From the NCBI GenBank assembly GCA_951406725.2, contig OX597828.1, positions 43,462,001-43,526,000 of the forward strand: DNA of 64,000 bases, given 5' to 3'. The translations under genes were made by a program, and so were the position numbers. Below the pieces are notes generated by a model. The model was given only the letters and a program-made list of their open reading frames with translations. It had not been told where the DNA came from and searched no databases. This DNA is from Octopus vulgaris. Taxonomy: Eukaryota. Positions 25,534 through 39,411 of the stretch are shown here, one piece after another (positions within the stretch are counted from its first letter, which is position 1; each line of letters opens with the position of its first letter).

Positions 25534-25996
25534 TATATGTATGTAATATATATGGATATATGTGTGCGTGTATGCATGTATATATACTTATATGCATTTG
25601 AGTGTGTGCATGTGTGTTGTGTCCTTATATTTCACCGATGAAGGCCGCAATGTGAAAGCATGACAAATATCTAGCGATTTATTTTTATTTTAGTGACGAA
25701 GCTCGAGTTTTACGAAATCATATATAAACTATTCTATCTGGTATTCACTGGAAAAATAAATACGTCTTATTTTTATCTGTTGTCTAATAATATCATATTT
25801 CTTTTTGATAACATATTTTATTCTATGACTTCAGATCCGGCTTTACCGTCCACACTCCCCCTACAAATATCAAAGACGTACATTTTGTTATCTCCAGCAA
25901 CACCCACTTTTATTGCATTGATGGTACACTTCATAACTCGTTAACCTTCCGCACCCTGACGTTACTCGCCGGCAGCCTAGATAACCTTATACAAGA

Positions 25997-26390
25997 CTAG
26001 CAGTATCGCCCGGCGTTGCTCGGGTTTGTAAGGGAAATAACTATATAAGCAATTTTAGAGAGTTATAGTAAAAAAATAGCAAAAAATGCATTAAAAATGG
26101 AAAAAAATTATGGTAATTATTTTTTAAATCGTTGACTCATCGTAGACATTTTTAGAGAGTTACTTCCCTTATATAATAGCGAAAAAATGCATTAAAATGG
26201 AAATAAATGATGGTAATTTCTTTTTAAATTGTAGACTCATCGTAGACACGCGCTAATACCCAGAAAGGCTCGATATGAATCACGACTATATGATACCCGG
26301 TTTTGGTTAAACTGCACCGCAAAATGTGGGAGTAGTTAGGAATCTAAATCGTAGGAGACAGACACACAACTTGACTTTTATATATAAAGA
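25997..26390 (-). mobile_element. Non-autonomous Helitron
   Basis: Minus strand begins TC(TTTATATATAAAAG) and ends CTAG, with a subterminal GC-rich hairpin CCCGAGCAACGCCGGG. Inserted between A and T with no TSD. Contains an internal tandem duplication of about 100 bp. Confidence 0.85.
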
Positions 26391-26632
26391 TATGCCCTGT
26401 TCCTGTGTATATGCTCCACGGGAATATTATCTCATGTGATCGTACCAATGATATATCCTTCTATGACATTAATTTAAAATCACACTGAAAAGGGAGAAGA
26501 CAATATCGTACCGGATCCGTCGAATATAAAGAATACAAATCTTGAACCCTCAAGTCCTTTTGATTAGGGGGACCCCAGCTACTCGGCCACGATCCGGTAG
26601 ACGGCGGTGAACCAGTTAGTACTGGGCTGCAT

Positions 26633-27102
26633 CTCCTCCTCCTCCTCCTCCTCATCATCATCATCCTCATCCTCATCCTCATCCTCCTCATCATCATCAT
26701 CATAAGCAACATCATCATCATCATCATAAGCAACATCATCATCGTCGTCGTCATCACCATCACCACCACCGTCATCACCACCCCGTTGAAAGGAGCCGAC
26801 TTCAGTACAAATTAGTAAGATACTCGTGTAATATATACGAATCATCGATAACAATCATCATATTCATCAAAGACGTCGCCGTCATCTTCGTCACAACCAT
26901 CCTCATTATTAATACCACTAGCATCGCCACCATCACTACCTCCACCCCATCACTATTGCCACTACCTCTATCCCCGTCACCATTATTACCATCATCGCCA
27001 GAATAAAAGAAAACCACCATCACCGTCACTGTCATCATCATCTTCGTCATCATCGTCATCATCATCATCATCACCATCATCAACATAATCATCATTTTCT
27101 TC

Positions 27103-27148
<46 letters not shown>

Positions 27149-27377
27149 GTAGTATCACCAATAACACCACCACTACCACCAGTACCAGCCCCATCACCAT
27201 CATCATCATGCTAATCAACTTCGCGGTTATTATTTTTCATCAGCAGCAGCGTCGCCTATATCGAATCCTTTTATCAGTATAAACCTCCTCCCCATCCCCT
27301 CTTTTTTCCCTATCATCACCACTATCATTATCATCATCACCACTATCATTATCATCATCATCACCACCATCATCATC

Positions 27378-27409
<32 letters not shown>

Positions 27410-27480
27410 CATCCTCACCACCAGTACCACCACCATCATCATCATTCTCATCATCATCACCATCACCACCATCATCATCA
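26633..27480. repeat. Imperfect (CAT)n/(CAC)n/(CCT)n low-complexity region
   Basis: Seen directly. Confidence 0.9.
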
Positions 27481-28079
27481 TAATTAATTGCAGCATAATG
27501 TTTCCTCATTTTAGATTATTTTTTATTTGTTTCTTTCACTTACATCATCCACATCTGCGTAAATATGGCAGTTAAGTTCAACATCCCACCCGACCTCCAC
27601 CCCACCTCACCCCCAAACCTTTGCCTGCCAATCCCCCAAACACCAAAACACCAAAACACCAAAACACCATCCACAACCAAACAACCAAGAACCCCGCCCA
27701 CCTACCCGCTCACCCATCCACCCACCAACCCACCAACCCACCAACAAAGAACCAACTTTTATTCCAACGTAATTATTCTTAGTTCTTCGATCTGAGGAAT
27801 GGTAATTGGTTGAACTTAACATTCTTGAAACTTCTGTCGACATTTTTATGCAGATATATGTATGACCTGTTGAGGTCAGCTAGCAAGTAATTGAGTGGAC
27901 GTCTCCTTCGCAAACCACCAGATGATTGATTCGAACGAAAGAGATGATCATACATAAATTCATAAGAGAGCAAATAAAAATACTGGACAAACAACATTAA
28001 CAAAAAGAACAAAAAAAACAAAGAAAAAAGAAAAAAAGAAAGTGACGCCGATGAAGACCAGTAACACCTATAACAACAA

Positions 28080-28216
28080 TGGTAGTAGCTGTAGTAGCCG
28101 TAGCGGTGGCGGTGATGGTTGTAGTAGTGGTGGTGGTGATAGTAGTAGTAGTAATAGTGGTAGTAATTGTAGTTGTAGTAGTAGTAGTAGCAGTAGCTGC
28201 AGCAACAGTAGTAGTT

Positions 28217-28257
<41 letters not shown>

Positions 28258-28300
28258 TGTAGTAGTACTAGTAGTAGTAGTGGTGGTGGTGGTGGTGGTG

Positions 28301-28334
<34 letters not shown>

Positions 28335-28432
28335 CAGTAGTAGTAGTGGTGGTGGTGGTAGTAGTAGTTGTAGTAGTAGTAGTAGTAGTAGCAGCAGCAG
28401 TAGCAGTAGTAGTAGTAGTAGCAGTAGTAGTA
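28080..28432. repeat. (GTA)n/(GTG)n microsatellite
   Basis: Seen directly. Confidence 0.95.
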
Positions 28433-28547
28433 GGTGCAACAGGCAAAACAACAAGAAAACGATAAAGCATAAAGCAGATTAAGCAAATGGATATGCTGCT
28501 GCTGCTGCTGCTGCTACTACTACTACTACTGATAATGGTAATGAAAA

Positions 28548-28765
28548 TGATCCTTTCTACTGGAAGCACAAGGCCTCAAATTTTGGGGAAAGGGTTTAAG
28601 TCGATTACATCGACCCCAGTGCGTAGCTGGCCCTTATTTAATCGAGCCCGAAAGGATGACTGGCAAAGTCAACCTCGATGGAATTTGAACTCAGAACGTA
28701 GCGGCAGACGAAACACTGCTAAGCACTTGGCCCGGCGTGCTAATGATTCTGCCAGCTCAACCGAC
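28548..28765 (-). mobile_element. SINE family B with alternative tail
   Basis: TCCTTTCTAC...GCACAAGGCCTCAAATTTTGGGG tail, core, and head ATTCTGCCAGCTC. Confidence 0.8.
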
Positions 28766-28767
28766 TT

Positions 28768-29158
<391 letters not shown>

Positions 29159-29397
29159 GCTCATATCCTGCGCAAAATACTTTCTATGTAATCTCAAGTT
29201 TTAAAACAAACATAATTTTCGCATTTTTTTTTAGACATTCACTAGTACAACACTAAATACAAAACCAAATATATGGCACACTAGGCATAACAACATCACG
29301 AACTTCCAGCCTGTTGTCTCTTGAGGTCTCTGGGTGAGACTTGGAGCCGACTTGTATAAATATAAAGCAAAAGCCAAACATAGAATAATAATAATAA

Positions 29398-29710
29398 TAA
29401 TCCCTTTGTACTATAGGCAGAACTTTGGGGGTGGGATTAGTCGATTATATCGACTTCAGTATTCAACTGGTACTTATTTTATCAGCCCGAAAGATTTGGC
29501 GGCAGAAATTTACCTCAGAATATAAAGACGGAAGAAATGCCAACAGACATTTCTCCGGCACATTGACGCAAATTTAGGCACAAGGGCAGCAATTTCGGGA
29601 GACGGGGGTAAGTTGAGATCGACCTCCCCAGTGCTTAACTGCTACTTATTTTAAGGACCCAGACGTGATAAAAGGTAAAGTCGACCTCGACGGTATTTCA
29701 ACTCAGTACG
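29398..29710 (-). mobile_element. Two adjacent diverged SINE family B copies
   Basis: CAACTGGTACTTATTTTATC (29465) and AAAGTCGACCTCGACGGTATTTCAACTCAG (29678). Confidence 0.65.
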
Positions 29711-29760
29711 TTAAGAAGGACACAATCCCGCTAGATATTTGTGTCCAGCTAGATATTGCG

Positions 29761-29791
<31 letters not shown>

Positions 29792-29851
29792 CGATGATGA
29801 TGATGATGATGGAGATGATGATATTGTAAATTTTGCTGATGCTGATGAGGT

Positions 29852-29897
<46 letters not shown>

Positions 29898-29980
29898 GGG
29901 GATGACGTTGTTGATAATGGAGATGATGATGTAAATTTTGCTAATGATGATAGGAATGACGTTGTTGATGATGCTGATGC

Positions 29981-30021
<41 letters not shown>

Positions 30022-30359
30022 ACAAAGATATGATAAAGTAATTAGAAACTGTGAATGCAGAACTCTAACAAAGATTCTTAAAGAATACAAATGGTTTAAC
30101 AATAAGTTCGTAATCATAGAACATCACAATAAATTGAAAAATACCGTAAAAAAACCATCGCCCCTACGAACCGATATTATAACTACCGTGCCTACTTCTG
30201 CTACCATAAATATCATCATCATCATCATCATCATCGTCATCGTCATCATCATCATCATCAACATCGTCAACAACAGCAACTACAACTGCAACAACAAAGA
30301 TAATGCAAGATTAACAACAAAAATTGTATTTCATTTTTGGATTTGGTTTGCAAGATTCT

Positions 30360-30520
30360 TTATGTGAGTTCGTGTGTTGAAGCATATTCAGTTGTGTCAC
30401 GGAAGAGTCATTTTCTTTTTGTGCCTTATAATTTAACACACTCACCGGTTAAATTTCCACTTAATTCTTATTTTTATTTTCCTAAAGTTTTCGTTGCGTC
30501 TTGCAACCTTTTCAATAGTC
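30360..30520 (-). mobile_element. pLTR-like element homologous to 37584-37740, with a hammerhead-like hairpin
   Basis: Minus strand TTGAAAAG-GTTGC aagac GCAAC-GAAAA...CGGTGAGTGTGTTAAATTATAAGGCAC...AATGACTC matches 37615-37740. Confidence 0.55.
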
Positions 30521-31648
30521 AAATATGATTTTTTAATATAGGTGACATCTCCAGTTAAATTAGGCATTCTGAACCCTTTTCGAGAAAGTGGCCGCATGAT
30601 AAAAAGCTCATCATGAAGACGGCACCAGTATTTAAAATATTCAAGGTAAATTCTTTGCTGTCACGCCATTGAGAAATACGCTGATTGGCATAAACGGATC
30701 TAATCATGCCATATTGACATAATAGAAGACGAGAAAGTCACGGTTGGAACGACTTTGATAACAGTTATCTTTAGTCGCTGTTGATGTGAGTGTAAACAAA
30801 AACAGCGACAATAATTATGCCAATATTGTTCAGTAATCATAAATATTGGTAACAGTAACAACGTCCTTGACAGGCGCAGCAAAAAGAACAACAGTAGCAA
30901 TAGCAGTAGCAGCAGCAGCAGCAGCAACAGCAACAACAGCAACAACAACAACAACAACATAAACGGCATCAATACCATACAACCTACAACACGAAAATAA
31001 TTGTAACAACACGAATGAAATTAGCAGAAACAACAGCAGCACTGTCTCTAAATATATGTATATTTATGCATATACATACATATATACACTCATACATAGA
31101 TAAGTATATATGTACATACACACACACACATACACACACACACATACGCACAGCATGCACGAAATAAGTATTGGAAACGGAAATAATTACGCAAATGCTT
31201 CCTAAAGAAATATTGCGAACAAAAATAACAAAAAAAAAAATAACAAAACATATTTAAAAGAAAACCTAAGCACAATCGCAATAAATGATAAGAAATAAAA
31301 AAAAAAAATAAATAAATAAAAAAGATTGTCTGGAAGAATTATGATTTGGGATGGATCCTAGCCAAACATTGTTATGGATCTAATCCATAAAATGGTGGAT
31401 AGTTGCCAGTTCCGTGTTTCTAATCGGTTGTACATTGAGACATCGTAAACACTATAAACATAATGAGGTGTAATAATATGAGAAACAAAAGACATATGTA
31501 TGTATGTATGTATGTATGGATATATATATATGCATATTAATGTATATATATATATATATGTATATATGCATATAAATGTGGCTAAAATGTATACATACGT
31601 ACATGCACATATGCATACACACATATACAAATTTATATATTCATATAC

Positions 31649-31781
<133 letters not shown>

Positions 31782-32929
31782 TACATACATATATGCATAG
31801 TAGTTAGAAATGTATTCAAGTACATGTTTGTTTACATATGTTTGTTTACATGTGTTTCTGTGTGGTATGTGTGTGTGTATGTGTGTGTGTGTGTGTGTGT
31901 GTATGTGTACATACGTATATATGTGTGTCTAACAACTGGGAAGAAAAGAACTCGTTACCAAAATAGTGCGCAGTATTTTCTTTCAAATGATCTTTTGGTG
32001 TGTTACCCTGTAGCTTTCTCTGCCCATAACGAGGAGAACGTTTTCGCAACATCACAGCCTCCATCGGCCAGACATGATTATCTACTTGAATACTGCCCCG
32101 TCCCCCACCAGAACCCAAACCCCACCAGATAACACTTTTGCCTTTGTCCAAGTCTAGCAGTGACCCGAGCTGACGAAGTCTTTCTCCTTCGGCATGCTAC
32201 TGATATAGTAATCAAAACAAAGGCAGTCGCTTCAGGGGTCGACATAGCAAGTCACTAGTTCGGTTGCACACATTTCTTTCACAATACTATGGCACAGATG
32301 GATAGCAACGCATCTGTTTCTCTGTTTCCATGTAGTTTGAAATGATTAAAACGTGTGAGTGAATTTGCGATAGAAAGACAAATGGACAACAGTCAAACCA
32401 TAGAATTTCATAAAAATAACATCGGAATCACCCACATTATGAACCACGTCTACAAAGACATACATGTGTAGTAACCATTAGTAGAATGTTAAGCATTTCA
32501 CAAGTACCATTTGAAATACACAGTCCCGTTCGGAATTTTGAGCTAGCTCCTGCAGAGAGCTGATTGGGCCCGCGGCCCCAAACTAAGAAAAGTTAAATAG
32601 CATGATTATCCTACGTCTATAATGACAATATGCACCGGTTGCATTTCATCAGAGGTTAACGACGGGTGAGAATAAATTATGTAATGAAATTGTTCTATTA
32701 CTCCAGTCCCAAGTTGAATTCCAACTGTTGGCTAATTTATCCCAAAGTTCTTATCTCGGCATAGAATTAATGAAGCGAATGTAATTTATCTCCCCAGTTA
32801 ATCCCTGACGAAGATGGCGTGAATCAGTGTAGCATAGGCTGCTAGAAATATCAACCCAAGTGCTTTCAAATCAGATTTCAATGCCAGATGTTCAAGAACC
32901 AACGGAGGGGAGATTTTCTATTCCGCGAG

Positions 32930-33031
32930 CATCCTGATTCAAAAAAATTATATGTCTATGAAGAGCAAATATTGACTGAGATATAGGGGTCCCAGACAGA
33001 CAGACAGAATTTCGCTTTTATTAATATAGAT
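32930..33031 (-). mobile_element. Probable Helitron 5'-end fragment
   Basis: CAGACAGACAGACAGAATTTCGCTTTTATTAATATAGAT has the same end architecture as 26355-26391. Confidence 0.4.
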
Positions 33032-33229
33032 GTAGGTTTGTATACACATACGTTGTTTACATGACATCACAGGTTACCAATGTAGCAATTTCTATTGTAA
33101 TTTACTCTCATTGTTTTTAGGACAATTAACTTTCACAGTTTTACTATCATAAACTACCGCACTCCACTTCTATAAATCCACTACTGTGGGTATTGATAAA
33201 TTATTTTATCAACCCCAATGAATGAAAGA

Positions 33230-34106
33230 CTTTTACATCTTCGTCAACTTTAAATGATCCAATGGTGGTTCTATTAACAATACCAGCCCATATCATTACA
33301 CCACCACCTCCTTGTTGCCGTCTTCTCATCATAGGAGCATCTTGGCCTCACGGAACCCATCTTTTAACCCATCCATCTGGACCATCTAATGTGACGCGCG
33401 ATTCGTCAGTGAATATGACGCTTCTGAAAACTGTTTTTAAGTACTTTCTTGCCCACTTTAGACGTTTATCAATATTAGTTGGAGATATAGGAGGCTGGTG
33501 AGGAGATGTTTTTACAGAACCAGTGTCGCGAAGGACTCTACACTTTTTGTCTCTCTTTACTCCAACAATCCCAGCCATTATAAATACCTTATCACACACT
33601 GAGCAGAGGGTTTTTAGCGACAATGCGTTTCAGCTCACGTTTATCTCTCGTGGACAAGTTCTTAAACCACTTGCCAGACCTTGGTTGCCTGTTCGTTGTT
33701 ATATCTTCAATTATTTTCTTGATTGTTCGATGATCTCAGCCAGTCTGCTTCGAAATTTTCAAAGAGGTCATGCCATCACTTAAAAGCTTAGTTATTTTCT
33801 GCTTTTCAGACGCCGTCATATCTTTCTTTTTAACCATGATTATATTATGACCTGCAAAATAATAAAAAACGTATCATTAACGCTGTAAAAATATAAATTC
33901 CAACATTTGCCTAATAGGTTCAGACAGACTAATTTCAGTAAATTCTCAATTACTCACGGAAAACGGATCAGATGTATGTCAAATTTTATCCAGAATTAAG
34001 AAAGAGCATTTGTACCAACATTCTAAATTTTCAGCTTCCTATGTACATGTACATTTAATTTATTAACCCCCACCCCAAAAAAAAACTGATTTGCATAATT
34101 TCTTCA

Positions 34107-34110
<4 letters not shown>
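33230..34110 (-). pseudogene. Tc1-family transposon 5' half, transposase pseudogene
   Basis: ATG at 33837 gives MVKKKDMTASEKQKITKLLSDGMTSLKISK..*DHRTIKK, followed by KRLKWARKY..VIFTDESRVTLDGPDGW and RRQQGGGGVMIWAGI. Contains stops and frameshifts and is 3'-truncated. Confidence 0.9.
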
Positions 34111-34173
<63 letters not shown>

Positions 34174-34375
34174 CAGGTATTTAACTGAAACTGTCAATTC
34201 GGTTATACTGAAGTATGTACATGATGATGTCTCCTGTGTTAGGATAATGAATAGACACGGACATGACTAAGCCGTGTGAGTGTTTTTGTGTGTGTGTTGG
34301 ATATGTATCCGTTTGAATGCACCTGAGTGTGTGCGTCTTAGATATACATACACACACACAAACACACACACACAC

Positions 34376-34448
<73 letters not shown>

Positions 34449-34576
34449 CATTACTACTTGTCCTTTTCTCCCGTTCCTCACATTCCTTCGCCTCTCTTGA
34501 TATAAAAGTGTTTGTGAGAATGCATATATGAAGACCTCTTATATATACATATATATATGTATGTATGGTATATACA

Positions 34577-34642
<66 letters not shown>

Positions 34643-34754
34643 CCATACATACATATATATATGTATATATACGTGTGTGTGTATATATATATATACATTC
34701 ATACATATACACACACACGTATATATACTATATATACATATATATATATATATA

Positions 34755-34813
<59 letters not shown>

Positions 34814-35366
34814 GTATATTTTTGCTTTTGTATGTGTGTGTATCTATGTATTTACAGACTTAGATACACACCTAGATATTTACCGGTCGCTTTTGTCTTT
34901 TGTTTTGTAATCAGCTCTCAAGCGGCCTTTCTTTGAATAGCTTGGAGATTAGGTGCCAGCTCAAGTTACCAAACTAATTAACAGGTGTGCACTAGAGTAT
35001 AGGTTTAACAGGTTAGGAAGTGGGCGGCCGTGATTGTTATCTTTGTTTCGTTGTTCTGGGGTGTATCAGGGAAAGACTGCAAGCGAAAGAGAGAATGCGA
35101 TTTATATCAGCCGTTAGATTAAATATGAAACTTCTATATCGTGGACTATGGAACACCATGAGTATCACAAGTCAGGTTTATTGTTGAGAGAACAAAGAGC
35201 AATTGAACGGACATCTATGCGAGACAAGGGCATGGTTTTCCGAAAGTGGGTCTCTCTTTACATCAAGCTGTCAGCATTTTGCAGTAGCTTGATTTGCTAA
35301 GAATACTAGGGTGGATGAGATTCAAATCCACAAACGATGTGTATATAGGAGTAATTATATTTTTGC

Positions 35367-35414
<48 letters not shown>

Positions 35415-35612
35415 ATCCAAACAAGAAATCAAAAAAACACAACAACGCAAGGACGTGGAACAAATAAAGTATTATTGGACGCTCAGGAAAGAAGGGAAGA
35501 AGGAGGGTTTAACGTTTCGAGCGGAGCTCTTCGTCGGAAGCATAGGAGAAGGAAAGATCCAGAGAATGGATGACAAAGGAAAAAAAATCGCCAACGGTAC
35601 ATACGAGGTCAT

Positions 35613-35670
<58 letters not shown>

Positions 35671-35678
<8 letters not shown>

Positions 35679-35955
35679 GTGTACATTTAAGCACAAGAGA
35701 AAACTACCTTTAACAGGTAATTATTATACGCTAGAAGAAGCAGTCAAAACGACCAAAACCACATTCGGTAGCGAGGGAGTCACAACCACGTTGATCGTTT
35801 TGACTGCTTCTTCTAGCGTGCAAAAATTACCTGTTAAAGGTAGTTTTCTCTTGTTTTTAAATGCACACTATTTTATATTGAGAATATATTGTTGATTGAC
35901 TTTTTATACATGGTAGGCCACTGGTGGTGAAATTTCTAGGATTATTCACTACCCT
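35671..35955. mobile_element. Nested second fold-back element
   Basis: Arms 35671-35755 and 35791-35876. Carries the AGCAGTCAA motif shared with the elements at 40698, 44048 and 47843. Confidence 0.75.
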
Positions 35956-36053
35956 ATATATATCTTACGGATATATATATATGTGACCTCGTGTGTACCG
36001 TTGGCGATTTTTTTCCCTCTGTCTTCCCTTCTCTGGATCTTTCCTTCTCCTAT

Positions 36054-36088
36054 GTTTCCGACGAAGAGCTCCGCTCGAAACGTTAAAC
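36054..36088 (+). ncRNA. Minimal hammerhead ribozyme, U4C variant (mirror copy at 35507-35541, minus strand)
   Basis: GTTT-CCGACGA-A-GAGC tcc GCTC-GAAACGTT-AAAC. Stem III is only the palindrome AACGTT and would need a dimer. Confidence 0.6.
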
Positions 36089-36184
36089 CCTCCTTCTTCC
36101 CTTCTTTCCTGAGCGTCCAATAATACTATATTTGTTCCACGTCCTCGCGTTGTTGTGTTTTTTTGTGTTTTCTTGTTGGGATTA

Positions 36185-36230
<46 letters not shown>

Positions 36231-36910
36231 TACAAATGTATCTCTCTCTCTCTATCTATCTATCCGTCAGTACGATGCAGCGTACCAAATATGAATATTC
36301 CCCCGACCATATTGGAACTAACTACATAAAGAGTCGAGATAAACATGACAGCGCATTCTGTCAGGCGGCGCTCTAACGATTCTGCAAAATAATCGCCCGC
36401 AGGAATATATAACATAACGTCTAGTCGAGGATGCTATGAAGTTCATAATGGCGCGTAAATTACGGCATCTTTTTGTTTACGGAGGCAAATCAGCAGAAAA
36501 TCTTTCACAGGAATGCTGCGATCCATCGTTGACTTCGATCTACAGAGACAATATTCCATGCGGTACTTCTTCGACATTTCATTTATTAATTTTCCGAAAT
36601 AAACGATTCTGCTTTAGCCTTTTCGATGCGGCTCACTAATATGTGAAAGCAATGTTTGAACATTAAATACTACTATAATAATTTCTGCCATTGAAGTTTA
36701 AGACACAGCATAGTTAAAATTTCGCGTGTAATTTAAGATATAAAGCATAAACAATGTAGAGATAATGAAATTTATCGAAAGCAAAAAGTAATGTACGAAG
36801 TATTTGGGTAGGAAAATTGAATTCAGGAATTATTATCTTGGATTTTTGGGGCGAGGAACTTGTACGAAAGGACATAGAAAACTGCCCGTATATATATATA
36901 TATATATATA

Positions 36911-37028
36911 TAAACCCTCCTTCCCTTCTTTCCTGAGCGTCAAATAATACTTTAATTGTTCCACGTCCTCGCGTTGCTGTGTTTTTTTCTGTGTTTTTTT
37001 CTGTGTTTTCTTGTTTGGACTAACTACA
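36911..37028 (+). mobile_element. Third, truncated copy of the 35410/35982 arm
   Basis: TAAACCCTCCTTCCCTTCTTTCCTGAGCGTC...TTCCACGTCCTCGCGTTG...CTTGTTTGGACTAACT, flanked by (TA)n. Confidence 0.85.
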
Positions 37029-37043
37029 TATATATATATATAC

Positions 37044-37185
37044 GTCTACCAAATCCACTCACAAGGCTTTGGTCGGCCCGAGGCTATAATAGAAGACAAT
37101 TGCCCAAGGTACCACGCAATCGGAATGAACCCGGAACCATGTGGTTGGTAAGCAAGCTAATTATCACACAGCCACTCCTGCACCT
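37044..37185 (-). mobile_element. 5' half of SINE family A
   Basis: GTCTACCAAATCCACTCACAAGGC...CACAGCCACTCCTGCACC. Confidence 0.85.
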
Positions 37186-37190
37186 ATATA

Positions 37191-37305
<115 letters not shown>

Positions 37306-37451
37306 GTTATTTGACTGCGGCGATGCAGAGCACCACCTTAATGGATTATAGTCAAAGAAATCGACTCCAGCACTTATTCGTTGTAAGGTTAATGCTTATT
37401 CTTGTGGCCATATAATCGCACCAACGTCGGTTATCAAGCGACTGTGGCCTT

Positions 37452-37741
37452 TCCTAAAAATTTTCGGTGCGTCATGCAAACTTTTTCAATTGTCGTTGGC
37501 TCTGTTCGTTATCCGAGCCGCCTTCTTCATGTTTTGTTGCTTGAAGACCCCTCCTCCCCCCCCCCCCAAAAAAAAAAACGGACGCAGCGCGGATAACGGA
37601 CAGAATCAACGACTTGCTAAAAAGTTTGGTAGACGCAACGAAAATTTTAGAACAAATAAATTAGTAAATGAATGGAAACTGAAACGGTGACTGTGTTAAA
37701 TAATAAGGCACTAAAAGAGAATGACTCCTCCAGACACAGCG

Positions 37742-37742
<1 letters not shown>
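37452..37742. mobile_element. Old fold-back pLTR-like element
   Basis: Diverged inverted arms 37452-37520 and 37584-37652. The right arm continues to (TA)n and matches 30360-30520. Confidence 0.6.
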
Positions 37743-37823
<81 letters not shown>

Positions 37824-38086
37824 GCATAGTTATACATGTATATATATATATGTACGTATATATACATATATACTTATTTATATATATATATTTGTGTGTA
37901 GACATATGTATACACGTATGTAGATGTATGTATATATGAATCCACCCACAGAAAAAATAACATGCAAATTAACCTCTCCTCGGTGCGCTAGCTTAACCAG
38001 TTATAAGTATTAATGTGCATGTAATTATAATTTATTAATTTTTAATTACATTTACTTTAATTGTTAATCACTCATCTGTGTGTGTG

Positions 38087-38117
<31 letters not shown>

Positions 38118-38522
38118 CTGTGTGTAGGTATGCATGATGCATTTTGTATGCAACAGTTTCTATTTTAGTCATCTATTAAACACAATTATGTTCTAGTTCA
38201 TCTTCCTTCTCCTCCTCTTCCTCTTCCTTCCCTTCTCCTCCTCTTCCCTTCCTATTTCGTTAACTTTTCTTCCTCCCACTTTTTCCTTCTTCTTCTTCGT
38301 CCTTTCCTCTTCCTCATCCTCCTTCCCCTCTTCTTCTTTTTGTCCTCCTTTTCCTTGTTCTTGTTCTCCTCCTTGTTCTCCTCCTCATCCACCTCCTTAT
38401 ACTCCTCATCCTTCTTTTCTTCCTCCTCTTCACTCACCTCCTCCCCATCATCAGTATCATCATCATCATCGTCATCGTCATCGTCATCATCATCATCATC
38501 ATCATCATCATCACTGTCATCG

Positions 38523-38610
<88 letters not shown>

Positions 38611-39411
38611 CATTATTATTATTATCACTATTTAAATTTGCAAAATGTTTTCATGCAGTACATTGTATATTCACATCTGAAATCCCATTAATCGTTTTAG
38701 CTTTTCAGTCTGATGATCTTCAGACATTTTCACACGAACAAACCCACCCTCCGTTGTCGATTGACTCACATTAATCATACTTATTTAGGACATTTATTAA
38801 GGAGAAGTATCACCCAAAGAGCCGATCCCTTAGTTTTAGAACTGGTATTTCATGTAAAATATCAACGTGGGGTCAATTTTCAAGTAGGTACATTCGTGGT
38901 TGTACTTTTGCAGGTGCAGATGGAGAGAAGTCAGAACACGAATCCCTAGGATAATTAGCAACATGAACTTAGGCTAAGGGACTATTTCTGAAAATCTGAT
39001 TTCAGGGCTTAATGAATCTACTGGGGGTGAAATCTAACGCCAGAAATTTATTGTGAAATCAGGATCAGAACAGAACCTCGTTTCATCACAACAATTAGCA
39101 TCAAACCTTCCACTGACTCCACCCTAACCACCACTACCAACACCACCACCAGCACGCACTATTAACACCATATAGGTGCCAATACGGTTAACGCTTTTTG
39201 CGTTCAACTCTTCCATCATCGTAAGCATAAACACCACAAACCCCACTGCCACAAATTTCCACACCACCATCTGTACTACTGCTATACTACTACTATCACC
39301 ACTAAGGGCAGAACACTTAAATCTACTACAGCTAACATTGTCAAGAAAAAGGGAAAACCTATGCGGCCGTTTGTTATCATAGAAATAGCAGAGAAAATTA
39401 TGCAAAATCCC

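Larger units (their letters stand above)
35410..36190. mobile_element. Fold-back element in (TA)n with about 200-bp inverted arms, each carrying a hammerhead motif
   Basis: Arms 35410-35613 and 35982-36190 are reverse complements with few substitutions. Confidence 0.85.

Noticed and set aside
25628-25670. CCGATGA...GAAAGCATG hammerhead-like motif
   Set aside because: Stems I and II do not pair convincingly and there is no element context.
26490-27006. His/Pro-rich or acidic coding exon
   Set aside because: The frames are bounded by stops, lack a convincing start or acceptor, and are dominated by (CAT)n. It cannot be fully excluded without RNA-seq.
38914-38954. Small terminal exon after TACTTTTGCAG (ADGEKSEHESLG*)
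   Set aside because: It has a good acceptor but is too short to assess, with no partner exons or homology.
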